A stretch of 64,000 nt of DNA from a virus: IMG/VR virus record IMGVR_UViG_3300045988_125011. One strand, given 5' to 3'. The notes under the pieces were generated by a model, which had not been told where the DNA came from, searched no databases, and saw nothing but the letters and a program-made list of their open reading frames with translations. This document shows positions 35,442 through 44,747 of this stretch, in pieces (the first letter of the stretch is position 1; every line of letters starts with the position of its first letter). The position numbers were made by a program, and so were the translations under genes.

Positions 35442-35746
35442 CACCGGCTGAAGTTGCTACTTGTATTTGCGATATCTATGAGAAACTCGGACGTTTAGAA
35501 TGCCGCCTCGAAAATACACGAGGAGATTTAGTCACCACAATAGAACGAAACAGGCAGCACACAGAAGAGTTCCTGAACCAGCAGACAGATATCGAAAACA
35601 AAATCGATATAGCCCTGACAACGGCTGTCCATGAACTGATTGAGTATCTACGATACCAAGACATCCAAGCTTTGGATGAGGAAGAGTTTTTGCTAAGGGT
35701 TCGGGAGCTTATTCGTGTTGAGCAAGACGAACGCCTTCCGTTCTAA
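35432..35746 (+). CDS. hypothetical coiled-coil protein
   Basis: 104-aa ORF. Confidence 0.4.
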   Translation: MDMTPAEVATCICDIYEKLGRLECRLENTRGDLVTTIERNRQHTEEFLNQQTDIENKIDIALTTAVHELIEYLRYQDIQALDEEEFLLRVRELIRVEQDERLPF

Positions 35747-35757
35747 GGAGGAAAAAT

Positions 35758-36060
35758 ATGAGTTGCTATAAAGACGGTGGCTGTGGTATTTATGAGATGT
35801 ATTCTTGCTATGAATGTCCAGCAAGCAAGCCGGAGTACCTTAAAAGAAAGTCGCGCGAGCCGCAAAGATTACAGGCAATCGGAAACCTGCACGACGTAGC
35901 CAAGCAGATTCTGGATGACGAAGTGGTCATTCTCCTCCGTCAATACGGAACAACGCTTGCACCGGGACGAATGGGAGATGAGAGTCGTGTTCCAAAGTGG
36001 CTGCTCGTTCTTGCGGCAGACAGAATCGAGGAGTTAAAAAATGCAAGAACAAAGCAATAA
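35758..36060 (+). CDS. hypothetical protein
   Basis: 100 aa with RBS aaggaggaaaaatATG. Confidence 0.45.
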   Translation: MSCYKDGGCGIYEMYSCYECPASKPEYLKRKSREPQRLQAIGNLHDVAKQILDDEVVILLRQYGTTLAPGRMGDESRVPKWLLVLAADRIEELKNARTKQ

Positions 36061-36631
36061 ACAGTTCTACATTTCAGATTGGCATTATGGTCATGCAAAC
36101 GTGATTGCCTTTGACAATCGTCCGTTCAAATCACTTCTGGAGATGGACGAGGCTCTGGTTGACCGGTGGAATGCTGTGGTTTCTCCGGGCGACACCGTGT
36201 ACGTTCTTGGAGATATGTTTTGGTGTAAGGCACAAGATGCTATTCCGATTTTGCGTTCCTTAAAAGGACAGAAGTTTCTGATTAAGGGGAACCATGACCG
36301 GTGCAATGACAACAAATTCTTACGAGAGTTTGTTAAAGTCACAGAGTATCTCGAAGTGAAGGACAATGGGCGAACAGTGATTCTTTGCCACTACCCAATT
36401 CCATGTTTTAAGAATCACTTTTATGGCTCCTTCCACCTGTATGGTCATGTCCATAATTCCTTCGAGTGGAACATGATGGAACACGACAAGTATCTGATGG
36501 AGGAACTGTACACGAAACCCTGCCAAATGTTCAATGTTGGGGTAATGATGCCGTGGATGGATTACACACCTCGGACGCTTGATGAAATCATCGCGGCAAA
36601 TTCGCATAACGAGGCTGTTAGAAATAAATGA
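36041..36631 (+). CDS. calcineurin-like metallophosphoesterase
   Basis: SDWHYGH, GDMFW, GNHD and GHVHNS motifs. Confidence 0.7.
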   Translation: MQEQSNKQFYISDWHYGHANVIAFDNRPFKSLLEMDEALVDRWNAVVSPGDTVYVLGDMFWCKAQDAIPILRSLKGQKFLIKGNHDRCNDNKFLREFVKVTEYLEVKDNGRTVILCHYPIPCFKNHFYGSFHLYGHVHNSFEWNMMEHDKYLMEELYTKPCQMFNVGVMMPWMDYTPRTLDEIIAANSHNEAVRNK

Positions 36632-36677
36632 CGGCTTGAATCACTTGTACCACAAGGCTTTGAAAGGCGCTTGATGA

Positions 36678-37892
36678 GTGGTATTAGTGCATCATATAAA
36701 ACAAAAGGAGTGGTCACTTGTGATTTACTTGGACAATGCTGCCACTACACAAATGGATGAGCGGGTTCTTGATGCAATGATGCCGTATCTGACAACAGAG
36801 TACGGTAATGCGGGAACTCTCTATAAGTTTGGACGAGCTGCGAACGAGGCTGTGCAGAAAGCCAGAGCGCAAGTGGCAGCTTTAATCAATGCAGAGCCAG
36901 AGCAAATCATTTTTACATCTGGTGGGAGTGAAGCAAACAATTTAGTCTTTCAGGGCTTGAAGGACTACCTGAAAAGCGTCGGGAAAACACACATTTTGGT
37001 ATCGGCAGTTGAGCATGATTCCGTCCTACGAGCCGCAGAATCGCTTATAAAAGACGGGTTTCATGTAGAGTATATTCCAGTATCCAGTGAGTGCAGGGTC
37101 TCTCCTGCTGTCATTGAGGACGCATTACGGGCAGATACGGGGCTCGTATCTGTGATGTTTGCGAACAATGAAACAGGCGCAATCAACCCAATCGAAGATA
37201 TTGGAACGATTTGCATGAAGCGCGGGATTCTGTTCCACACAGATTGCGTGCAAGCTGCAGGATGCTATCCTATTGATGTAGTGAAAATCGGCTGCGATTT
37301 CCTTTCGGTGTCATCACATAAGATTCATGGGTGTAAAGGCATTGGAGCTTTGTACGCAAAGGATAAGTCCAAACTTACACCCATTGTATATGGTGGTTCA
37401 GAGCAAGAGTTCGGGCTGAGGGGCGGAACAGAAAATGTTGCTGGTATCGTAGGATTCGGAAAGGCTTGTGAGATTTCATCGAAGAGCTTGCACGAAGATA
37501 CGGTGTGGGTTTCAACATTGAAACAGCGATTTTTCATGGCGCTGAATGAAGCGCTTAAAGATACGGGTGATGAAGGCTGTGTCCATGTAAATGGTATGTC
37601 GATTCTTACACCCGGAAAGACAATTAACTTGAGAATGGACGGCGTTGATGGTGAAACGCTCTTGCTTATGTTGGACGGCAAGGGAGTTTGTGTTTCTGCC
37701 GGGTCTGCGTGTAGGAGTCACGAAGCAGAACCAAGTCACGTTTTATCTGCGATGGGGTTATCCAAAGATGAAGCGCGGTCTTCCATCAGAATCTCGTTCT
37801 CAAAGAAAAACACGGTTGATGAAGCCGTAAGAGCTGCACAGATTTTAGCTGGGTGCATTTCAGCACTCAGGGCGAGAGAAGAAAAGGAGTAA
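36678..37892 (+). CDS. cysteine desulfurase (NifS/IscS-type, PLP-dependent class V aminotransferase)
   Basis: YLDNAATTQ N-terminus, FTSGGSEANN, SSHKIHGCKGIGALY; the true start is probably GTG 36720. Confidence 0.8.
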   Translation: MVLVHHIKQKEWSLVIYLDNAATTQMDERVLDAMMPYLTTEYGNAGTLYKFGRAANEAVQKARAQVAALINAEPEQIIFTSGGSEANNLVFQGLKDYLKSVGKTHILVSAVEHDSVLRAAESLIKDGFHVEYIPVSSECRVSPAVIEDALRADTGLVSVMFANNETGAINPIEDIGTICMKRGILFHTDCVQAAGCYPIDVVKIGCDFLSVSSHKIHGCKGIGALYAKDKSKLTPIVYGGSEQEFGLRGGTENVAGIVGFGKACEISSKSLHEDTVWVSTLKQRFFMALNEALKDTGDEGCVHVNGMSILTPGKTINLRMDGVDGETLLLMLDGKGVCVSAGSACRSHEAEPSHVLSAMGLSKDEARSSIRISFSKKNTVDEAVRAAQILAGCISALRAREEKE

Positions 37893-37896
37893 GGTT

Positions 37897-38919
37897 ATGA
37901 CGATTGAGCAAATCAAAGAGATGGTCAACGGTTCTGCTTATGATTTCCTTAGAACAAACGAGCACCTCGGGCGCAAGATTATCTTTCTTACGCTTGGTGG
38001 CAGCTATTCCTATGGAACGAACGTCGAAACATCCGATGTTGATGTAAGAGGGTGTGCGTTGAACAGTGAATCAGATTTGCTTGGTCTGACGAGCTTTGAG
38101 CAGGTCGTTAATACACAAACGGATACGACAATCTATGCTTTTAATAAGCTGGTAAGCCTGCTCCTAAATTGTAATCCAAATACGATTGAAATGCTTGGGT
38201 GTAAGCCAGAGCACTATTTCTATATCTCAGACATTGGCAGAGAAATGATTGCCAACAGAAAAATGTTTCTGTCCAAACGAGCAGTCCATTCTTTTGGAGG
38301 TTATGCGAATCAGCAGCTCCGGCGCTTGGAGAATGCTCTTGCGCGAGATAGACTGTCACAGGCAAGAAGAGAGGAACATATCCTCAACTCTATGAAAGGC
38401 GCCGTTAAATCATTTGAGAGTCGATACACGATTTTTGAAAACGGCAGCATTGTTCTCTATACAGATGAGAGTCCGCGAGAGGATTTAGACCGTGAGATTT
38501 TTGCAGATATCCAGCTTAAAAAGTATCCAGTCAGAGAGTTCAATAGTGTAATCAACGACCTGACGAATGTTATCGGGACGTATGAGAAGCTCAACCACAG
38601 GAACCACAAGAAGGACGATGAGCATTTGAACAAACACGCGATGCATCTTATTCGTTTGTACCTTCTCTGCTTGGATATTCTGGAGAAAGAGGACATTGTC
38701 ACATATCGTGGTGATGACCTGCCTCTGCTGATGAGTATCCGCAAGGGCGATTATCAACTGGAAGATGGAACATATAGACCAGAGTTTTTTGAAATGGTTT
38801 CTGACTTTGAAAAACGACTCAATTATGCAAAGCAAAACACGAGCCTCCCAGATAACCCGGATATGAAGAAAGTTGAGGAGTTCGTTATGAGTGTAAACAG
38901 GAGGGCGATTGATGCATAG
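37897..38919 (+). CDS. pol-beta-superfamily nucleotidyltransferase, substrate unknown
   Basis: TLGGSYSYGTNVETSDVDVRG matches the GS-x9-13-Dx[DE] nucleotidyltransferase motif; 340 aa. Confidence 0.5.
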   Translation: MTIEQIKEMVNGSAYDFLRTNEHLGRKIIFLTLGGSYSYGTNVETSDVDVRGCALNSESDLLGLTSFEQVVNTQTDTTIYAFNKLVSLLLNCNPNTIEMLGCKPEHYFYISDIGREMIANRKMFLSKRAVHSFGGYANQQLRRLENALARDRLSQARREEHILNSMKGAVKSFESRYTIFENGSIVLYTDESPREDLDREIFADIQLKKYPVREFNSVINDLTNVIGTYEKLNHRNHKKDDEHLNKHAMHLIRLYLLCLDILEKEDIVTYRGDDLPLLMSIRKGDYQLEDGTYRPEFFEMVSDFEKRLNYAKQNTSLPDNPDMKKVEEFVMSVNRRAIDA

Positions 38920-40255
38920 GATTTCTATCCCCAAAGGTGCGCGAGCAGTTCTGCTGAATCTCCGATATGAAAACCATGAGGCATATGTGGTTGGCGGATG
39001 TGTCCGAGACAGTCTGCTTGGGAAAGAACCAAAAGATTGGGATATCTGTACCTCTGCTACACCGGACGAAGTTAAGGAACTAATGCATCGTCGTGGCATA
39101 AAGACAATTGATACTGGGCTGCAGCATGGAACAGTAACGGTTGACATGGGCACTGTTGGGAAGTATGAAGTCACAACGTTTCGAATTGATGGAAACTATA
39201 CAGACGGGAGGCACCCTGATTATGTGGAGTTTATCGAGAGCATTTATAGGGACTTGTCTCGCAGGGATTTCACCATCAACGCTATGGCGTACAACAGTGC
39301 TGGATTGATTGACCCCTTCCACGGGAGAGATGATTTACAAGCAGGGATTATTCGCTGTGTTGGCAATCCTGATGAGCGTTTTGAAGAAGATGCGCTTCGC
39401 ATTTTGCGAGCGCTGAGATTCGCAGCGACCTATGGCTTTTCTATCGAAGAACAGACAGCCGCTGCCATCCACAAGGATGCTTGGATGCTAAAACGTATTG
39501 CTGCAGAGCGAATCAATGGCGAGCTTTGCAAAATGCTACTCGGCGACGGCATCTTGAATGTGCTGCTGAATTTCTCAGATGTTATTGCGACGATTATTCC
39601 AGAAATGGAGCCTTGCATTGGGTTTGAACAGAACAACAAGTATCATCAATACACTGTGTACGAGCATATTGCCCACGCTGTTGCGAACTACAAGGGTGCC
39701 GATGTGTCTGTTAAGGTAGCCTTACTACTCCACGACATCGGAAAGCCACAATGCTACACTGAAGATGAAAACGGTGGGCACTTCCACGGTCATGGGGTAC
39801 CAAGCCGTGATATTGCAGAACAAGTTTTGGATAGACTGCGGTTCGATAATAAGACAAAGCAGGAAGTTCTTGAACTCGTGCTTTATCACGACACTATGAT
39901 TGAGCCAACACCCCGCACAGTCCGCAAATGGCTGCATAAACTCGGTGAACGTCGGTTCTCGCAGTTTTTGGATGTGCGGATGGCTGATATTCTTGCCCAT
40001 GCAGAGGGTACACAGGAGTCCAGAATCGAAAGATGCATTGCACTCGGTTCCATTATGTCTGAGGTTTTAGAAGCGGAGCAGTGTTTCGCATTAAAAGACT
40101 TGCAAATCAACGGAAGAGATATTATGAACCTCGGCATTGAGCAAGGGAAACGTGTTGGCGAAATCCTTAACAGCCTTTTAGATGAAGTGATTTCGGGTGC
40201 TTTAGAAAACGAACACAATGCTTTGATGCAGAGGGCGGTGGAGCTTCTTGGCTGA
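38909..40255 (+). CDS. cca: CCA-adding tRNA nucleotidyltransferase with an HD domain
   Basis: VVGGCVRDSLLGKEPKDWDI head motif, RDFTINAMA, HD motif LLLHDIGK. Confidence 0.8.
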   Translation: MMHRISIPKGARAVLLNLRYENHEAYVVGGCVRDSLLGKEPKDWDICTSATPDEVKELMHRRGIKTIDTGLQHGTVTVDMGTVGKYEVTTFRIDGNYTDGRHPDYVEFIESIYRDLSRRDFTINAMAYNSAGLIDPFHGRDDLQAGIIRCVGNPDERFEEDALRILRALRFAATYGFSIEEQTAAAIHKDAWMLKRIAAERINGELCKMLLGDGILNVLLNFSDVIATIIPEMEPCIGFEQNNKYHQYTVYEHIAHAVANYKGADVSVKVALLLHDIGKPQCYTEDENGGHFHGHGVPSRDIAEQVLDRLRFDNKTKQEVLELVLYHDTMIEPTPRTVRKWLHKLGERRFSQFLDVRMADILAHAEGTQESRIERCIALGSIMSEVLEAEQCFALKDLQINGRDIMNLGIEQGKRVGEILNSLLDEVISGALENEHNALMQRAVELLG

Positions 40256-40466
40256 ACCCAAATACCCCAAAGGTGAAAGAGTCTGGGTTGGATATTATAA
40301 TGCCGAGCATGAGCTCTGCTTTATTCTTACCAGCAAAGAGAGCCGTGAATTTTATTTCCTGTATGAGCTTGTTGACGGAGAGTTTAAGAAGCTTGGAAAA
40401 GCACGGACACCGAAAGAACTTGAGGATAAGTTCGAAGTTTCGAAGAGAATGAGGTGTGCGCAATGA
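40248..40466 (+). CDS. hypothetical small protein
   Basis: 72 aa. Confidence 0.35.
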   Translation: MAEPKYPKGERVWVGYYNAEHELCFILTSKESREFYFLYELVDGEFKKLGKARTPKELEDKFEVSKRMRCAQ

Positions 40467-41074
40467 TGTCTGATTTTGAGTATGATTGCTGGCAGCGTAA
40501 ACGTATTGCACAGCAAGCAAAGTACCGCAAGTGCGGAAGCAAGAGCAAGAAATGCTCAATGTCAACAGACCACATGACGCAAAAACAATGGAAGGAAAGG
40601 AATGGGAAAGTTGTGACCGTTAATTTGAACCAGCCAATTACATGGGATGACTTCAAGGCACTGACGGCTTCAATGCAAGAAGAGTATCTCAAACACATGA
40701 TGGAAAACTATGGCGCTAACGCAACGAGTTTTGCCGCCATGTTCGGAGTGCAACCACTTACGATTCGTCGGCATATCCAAATGAACAAGCTGAATATCAA
40801 GTTCCCAGTTGGTCACTCTATGAGTACAGCGCAAAAGGATGCGTGGGATGAATTGCTGCATGGGAAAACATCTGATGAGGATGCCGAAGTAGAAGTAGAA
40901 GATGTACCAGCCACCAAGTTGGACGAAGCAGCTTCCAAACAGAGTATGGATATGAAGCGCTTTTCATTGTGCTTTAACGGGAGAATTGATGTCAACATGA
41001 TTGCGAATTCTTTGCTACATATCTTGGGCGACAATGCAGTTGGAGAGGTTGAAATTGTGTGCAACCTTAGTTGA
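40454..41074 (+). CDS. hypothetical protein with a probable HTH
   Basis: 206 aa; ATSFAAMFGVQPLTIRRHI helix-turn-helix-like segment. Confidence 0.4.
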   Translation: MCAMMSDFEYDCWQRKRIAQQAKYRKCGSKSKKCSMSTDHMTQKQWKERNGKVVTVNLNQPITWDDFKALTASMQEEYLKHMMENYGANATSFAAMFGVQPLTIRRHIQMNKLNIKFPVGHSMSTAQKDAWDELLHGKTSDEDAEVEVEDVPATKLDEAASKQSMDMKRFSLCFNGRIDVNMIANSLLHILGDNAVGEVEIVCNLS

Positions 41075-41128
41075 TTTACCTTGATAATCTGTATCTTTGT
41101 GATAGAATTGAATTGAAGGAGTGGTCAA

Positions 41129-41518
41129 ATGGATAACGGCTTTGACTTGAAGTTTATGTCAGACGAGGAGCTGCGAAACGCAATGGATGAGTTCATCGAT
41201 AGCGTTAAGGACGATGTCGCAGCAGATGAAGAAAAGACAACGGTTTTGAATCCGATGAAGCTGCAGCAGATGCAGTTTGCTCATGCGGCACTAAAATACA
41301 TTACAAGGGATTCTGACGTTGAAGTTTCCTACAAATTGAATACACCGTTCAAAACGATGGGGAGCATCAGTGTCGAGGGAGAGACGCTGGCTTTTGACAA
41401 ACCGGAGTGGTTTGCGAGAGTAGCAGAGTTTGCAAACAACATGGAGGTCTATCCATTGGTTAAGAACCGAGTCCGTTTGACATTTACATTCCACGGTCTC
41501 ACTAAACCGATTGAATAA
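41129..41518 (+). CDS. hypothetical protein
   Basis: 129 aa with RBS aaggagtggtcaaATG. Confidence 0.45.
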   Translation: MDNGFDLKFMSDEELRNAMDEFIDSVKDDVAADEEKTTVLNPMKLQQMQFAHAALKYITRDSDVEVSYKLNTPFKTMGSISVEGETLAFDKPEWFARVAEFANNMEVYPLVKNRVRLTFTFHGLTKPIE

Positions 41519-41530
41519 GAGGAGGCTGGA

Positions 41531-41890
41531 ATGGAGTACACAACTTGCAAAGACTCCGTCATGGAGTTGATTAGCGATGGTTCTAAGGTCTTTGGACGCG
41601 ACTATAAGATTTCAGAAGAAATGCTTTCTAAAATCGATGAGACTTGTGATGGCGTGGATGAGTTGGTATCTGAAATTGAATGCGAAAGTGTCCATGCAGA
41701 TATTGAAGAAAAAACAAAGACACTCCGTATTGTCATTGTGTGTGATGAGCTTGAGCTTCACGGAGGAAGAACCAACGGGTTCTTCAAGCTAATTACGAAA
41801 CTGAACTCTTTTAGCTTTTCAAAGCAGGGTCGAGAGTTCATCAAAATTGAGTTGAACATTTCGAATGTATGGGAGCGTATGAGTGAATGA
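41531..41890 (+). CDS. hypothetical protein
   Basis: 119 aa with RBS aagaggaggctggaATG. Confidence 0.45.
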   Translation: MEYTTCKDSVMELISDGSKVFGRDYKISEEMLSKIDETCDGVDELVSEIECESVHADIEEKTKTLRIVIVCDELELHGGRTNGFFKLITKLNSFSFSKQGREFIKIELNISNVWERMSE

Positions 41891-42113
41891 AAAAAGAAGA
41901 GGGCGGCTAAGAGACGCCTTGAAAATGCTGAGCAGTGCTGCATCCATTGTGGAAACAGTCTGCGACAGTGAGCAAGACTGTATGGATAACTATCCTGAAA
42001 ACTTGCAAGGAACAGAGAAGTTTGAGCGTATGGAAGATGCGGTCGATAGTCTCAGTGATGCGCTCGAAAAGATTGATGATGCGAAAGGACATATCCAGTC
42101 TGCGTTAGGCTGA
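41883..42113 (+). CDS. hypothetical small protein
   Basis: 76 aa. Confidence 0.35.
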   Translation: MNEKRRGRLRDALKMLSSAASIVETVCDSEQDCMDNYPENLQGTEKFERMEDAVDSLSDALEKIDDAKGHIQSALG

Positions 42114-42128
42114 TGTAGTGGTGGCTTT

Positions 42129-42716
42129 ATGGAACTTGTGATTGCTGTGATTCTCGGAGTTATCTTGCTCATTAAATTTGGGTCAGATAAAAACGCAGTG
42201 AGGAATACTCGAAAGGCGCATGACAAGAAACAGCAGGTAATTTCGGAGTGGAAAAGTGTAGTGACAGACCGCAGCCTTGAGCAGCGACTGAAAAGCTTTA
42301 TCCATAATCCAGACAATAAAGAACAAGTTTCTGAGGAAGTTGCTCCTGTATATGAGGGAATCTTCGCCGGTAAGCAACTTTGCGAGTTGTTTCCAAAAGA
42401 ACGGTGGTGCAAACCAAAAGCAGGATGGACACCAGAGTATCACGAGCAAGTCCAGCGAGAAGTATGTATGAAGAACTCAGAAAACGCGCTTAGAATTATG
42501 ATGGCAAAACGCGGGAAGATTTTGGACTATGACGCAGACAGAAGCGCGTCTTACAGCCCCAGTGTAATATCAAGTGGCATCTCAGCAGACTCTCCATTGA
42601 CGGCGTATGTTCTTATCTGGTGTGCGAAAGCCATAAAGGAGCATGGGGTGCCAAATGAGTTTATTGTTCCATCAATCGGTAAATATGGAGCAGGTAATAT
42701 CCATTGGGAATTATAA
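42129..42716 (+). CDS. hypothetical membrane-anchored protein
   Basis: N-terminal TM helix; 195 aa. Confidence 0.45.
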   Translation: MELVIAVILGVILLIKFGSDKNAVRNTRKAHDKKQQVISEWKSVVTDRSLEQRLKSFIHNPDNKEQVSEEVAPVYEGIFAGKQLCELFPKERWCKPKAGWTPEYHEQVQREVCMKNSENALRIMMAKRGKILDYDADRSASYSPSVISSGISADSPLTAYVLIWCAKAIKEHGVPNEFIVPSIGKYGAGNIHWEL

Positions 42717-42743
42717 AAAGTAGGGCGTGAGCCCTACTTTTTC
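42714..42743. terminator. Bidirectional rho-independent terminator between convergent genes
   Basis: aaaagtagggc-gtga-gccctactttt, with A/T runs on both sides. Confidence 0.6.
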
Positions 42744-43545
42744 AATCCTCAAACAAATAATCTGGAAGGTCAATTTTTTCTTTCAACAGCACCTTACCGC
42801 AGGCTTTTACAGAACGTCCGCTGTCGGCTGAGACGAAGATGTTTGTATGGCGAAGCTCTGGGTTTGCAGAAACCAAAACCAGATTGTTATTATCATCAAG
42901 ATAGTATTGCTTACAATACATTGCTCCATCGACACAGAAGATGCCAACATCTCCAACTGAAAGCTCTGCGTCTTTTTTTACATATACCATATCACCATCA
43001 TGTATATATGGGTACATACTGTTACCTTGGATATAAACAGCGTAGTCTGCTTCCTCTGGTACGGAGCTATCAACAAGAATCATCTCGAAGTCAACCCCGT
43101 CGAGAGGTACAGAGCTACCGGCAGCAGATGGAGTAGTATAGCGTGGAATGAATCGCTCGCTGTTGACCTGCTGAAAATCTATGACCTTTGGAATGACACG
43201 AATTGTTTTAGCGGCATCGACCCTTTCCTTCTCAAGTACACAGATTGCGTCAACTGCTTTTTTGCCATAGTTGTCAAGAGCTTGATAGCTGGACAAAAGT
43301 TTTTTTTCGGCAGAAGTGAGAACCAAAGCGTAGTTTGGTGTGTTCTCCAAATGGAAGTCCAGTAGCGTGTCTATCGATATATTGAGAGCCCGCCCGAGAG
43401 AAAGCAACGCATCCATTGCGGGTTTCTTAGCGTTGCGTTCCCAAGCGCGAATTGTAACTGTGGAAACACCTACTGCATCTCCAAGATTTTGCTGTGTGAG
43501 GTTCCGTTCTGCACGAAGGCTCTTTAGCCTCTGCCCGAAGTCCAT
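42742..43545 (-). CDS. CI/LexA-like phage repressor (XRE-family HTH plus S24 peptidase domain)
   Basis: N-terminal QRLKSLRAERNLTQQNLGDAVGVSTVTIRAWE HTH; C-terminal IQGNSMYPYIHDGDMVYVKK S24 Ser/Lys dyad context; start set at ATG 43545 with a ggagg RBS. Confidence 0.8.
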   Translation of the reverse strand: MDFGQRLKSLRAERNLTQQNLGDAVGVSTVTIRAWERNAKKPAMDALLSLGRALNISIDTLLDFHLENTPNYALVLTSAEKKLLSSYQALDNYGKKAVDAICVLEKERVDAAKTIRVIPKVIDFQQVNSERFIPRYTTPSAAGSSVPLDGVDFEMILVDSSVPEEADYAVYIQGNSMYPYIHDGDMVYVKKDAELSVGDVGIFCVDGAMYCKQYYLDDNNNLVLVSANPELRHTNIFVSADSGRSVKACGKVLLKEKIDLPDYLFED

Positions 43546-43620
43546 GTTAAAGTCCTCCAAAAAAATAGCCCAAGTTTTGATGTTGACAGACCACTGTGTT
43601 TGTGGTAGCATAAAACCGCA

Positions 43621-43669
43621 ACAACTGTTTCTATTGACAGATTAACACAAACAACTGTTTCTGTCAATA
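43621..43669. promoter_or_regulatory. Operator/promoter region: direct repeats of acaactgtttct (43621 and 43650) and inverted tattgacag/ctgtcaata half-sites, lying between the divergent repressor and early genes
   Basis: Repeats read directly in the 250-nt divergent intergenic region. Confidence 0.5.
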
Positions 43670-43859
43670 ATTAAAAAAGGTAGCTCGCCAATATAGACGA
43701 GCTACCACGAAACGCACACTGCCATGAACACCAACGTAATAACAGCGTGCAACGACCCGTTAACGACAGGTCGAAGTCATCGTTGACACCACTCAGCAAT
43801 GACTCACTTGTAGTATAACACGGGATTTCTCGTAAATCAATGGAGGTTTTTACTACAGG

Positions 43860-44183
43860 ATGAAGAAGATAGTCTCAGTCAAGGAACTTAAAGAGTATTG
43901 TGAAAACCATAAGCCTCAGCAGATTTCCTTTTACACAGAGAACCAGAGTTGGTATTGCGTCTCAGACCCATGCAAATTCAAGTTGTCATTCCCGGTTATG
44001 TTGATATGCGAGAACCCCAATATGATTTGCTTGAAATCTGGAGCAAATACCTTATGTTTTGACCGAGTACGTTGTGTCGAGATAGACACTGAAATGACCG
44101 TGATTGGAACTGTTTTCACAGTTTTTTGTGGAGGTAGAAACGACAAAGAACAAGAAATCACCTATACCCTGTTAGCCGGTTAA
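43860..44183 (+). CDS. hypothetical protein, first early gene
   Basis: 107 aa, divergent from the repressor. Confidence 0.45.
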   Translation: MKKIVSVKELKEYCENHKPQQISFYTENQSWYCVSDPCKFKLSFPVMLICENPNMICLKSGANTLCFDRVRCVEIDTEMTVIGTVFTVFCGGRNDKEQEITYTLLAG

Positions 44184-44213
44184 ATATTTTTCGATGTTGT
44201 CTATATAATTGAC

Positions 44214-44720
44214 TTGACTATGCCATATTGGGCGTGCTATACTCCAACCATCAACATAATTGTATTTAAGGGGTTTAGCGCATTGGGTTTTCAGAATCAT
44301 AAAGAACGGGTTCCACAGATTGGTGAAGTGTATTTGATGAAGTTCGGTGGCAGTGGCAGCGAGCAGAGTGGTTGGCGTCCGGGCGTTGTCTTCCAGAACA
44401 ACATGGGGAATGCATACAGCCCCAACATCATCGCACTCCCACTTACCAGTTCGCTCAAAAAGACGAACCAACCTACACACGTTATCATCAAAGCAGCAGA
44501 TAGTGGGCTTCGCAGAGACAGCATGGTTCTTTGCGAAAACCCAGAGCGTATGTCTAAAGAACGCCTCGGGCAGTACATCACTACGTTGTCAGAGGAGCAC
44601 ATGAAGCAAGTTGCCGAAGCAAACTTGCTGGCGACGGGTGCAATCGCCTATCTGGACATCGAAGCGCTGCTTGCTGTGTGGAAGAAAGCCGCAGCCCTAA
44701 ACGCTGTTGTACCAGCATAA
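44214..44720 (+). CDS. PemK/MazF-family endoribonuclease-like protein (start uncertain)
   Basis: GEVYLMKFGGSGSEQSGWRPGVVFQNN...IIALPLTSS...THVII...RDSMVLCENPERMSKERL parallels the MazF/Kid RGDIY-DL-P-GSEQ-G-RP-L core. Confidence 0.55.
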   Translation: MTMPYWACYTPTINIIVFKGFSALGFQNHKERVPQIGEVYLMKFGGSGSEQSGWRPGVVFQNNMGNAYSPNIIALPLTSSLKKTNQPTHVIIKAADSGLRRDSMVLCENPERMSKERLGQYITTLSEEHMKQVAEANLLATGAIAYLDIEALLAVWKKAAALNAVVPA

Positions 44721-44747
44721 TGCTACATACTAAGTAGGAGGCTCGCT

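Noticed and set aside
42742-43611. Repressor start at 43611 (MLPQTQWSVNIKTWAIFLEDFN...)
   Set aside because: The internal ATG at 43545 has a ggagg RBS and begins directly with the HTH. The upstream 22 codons lie in the operator region and look non-coding.
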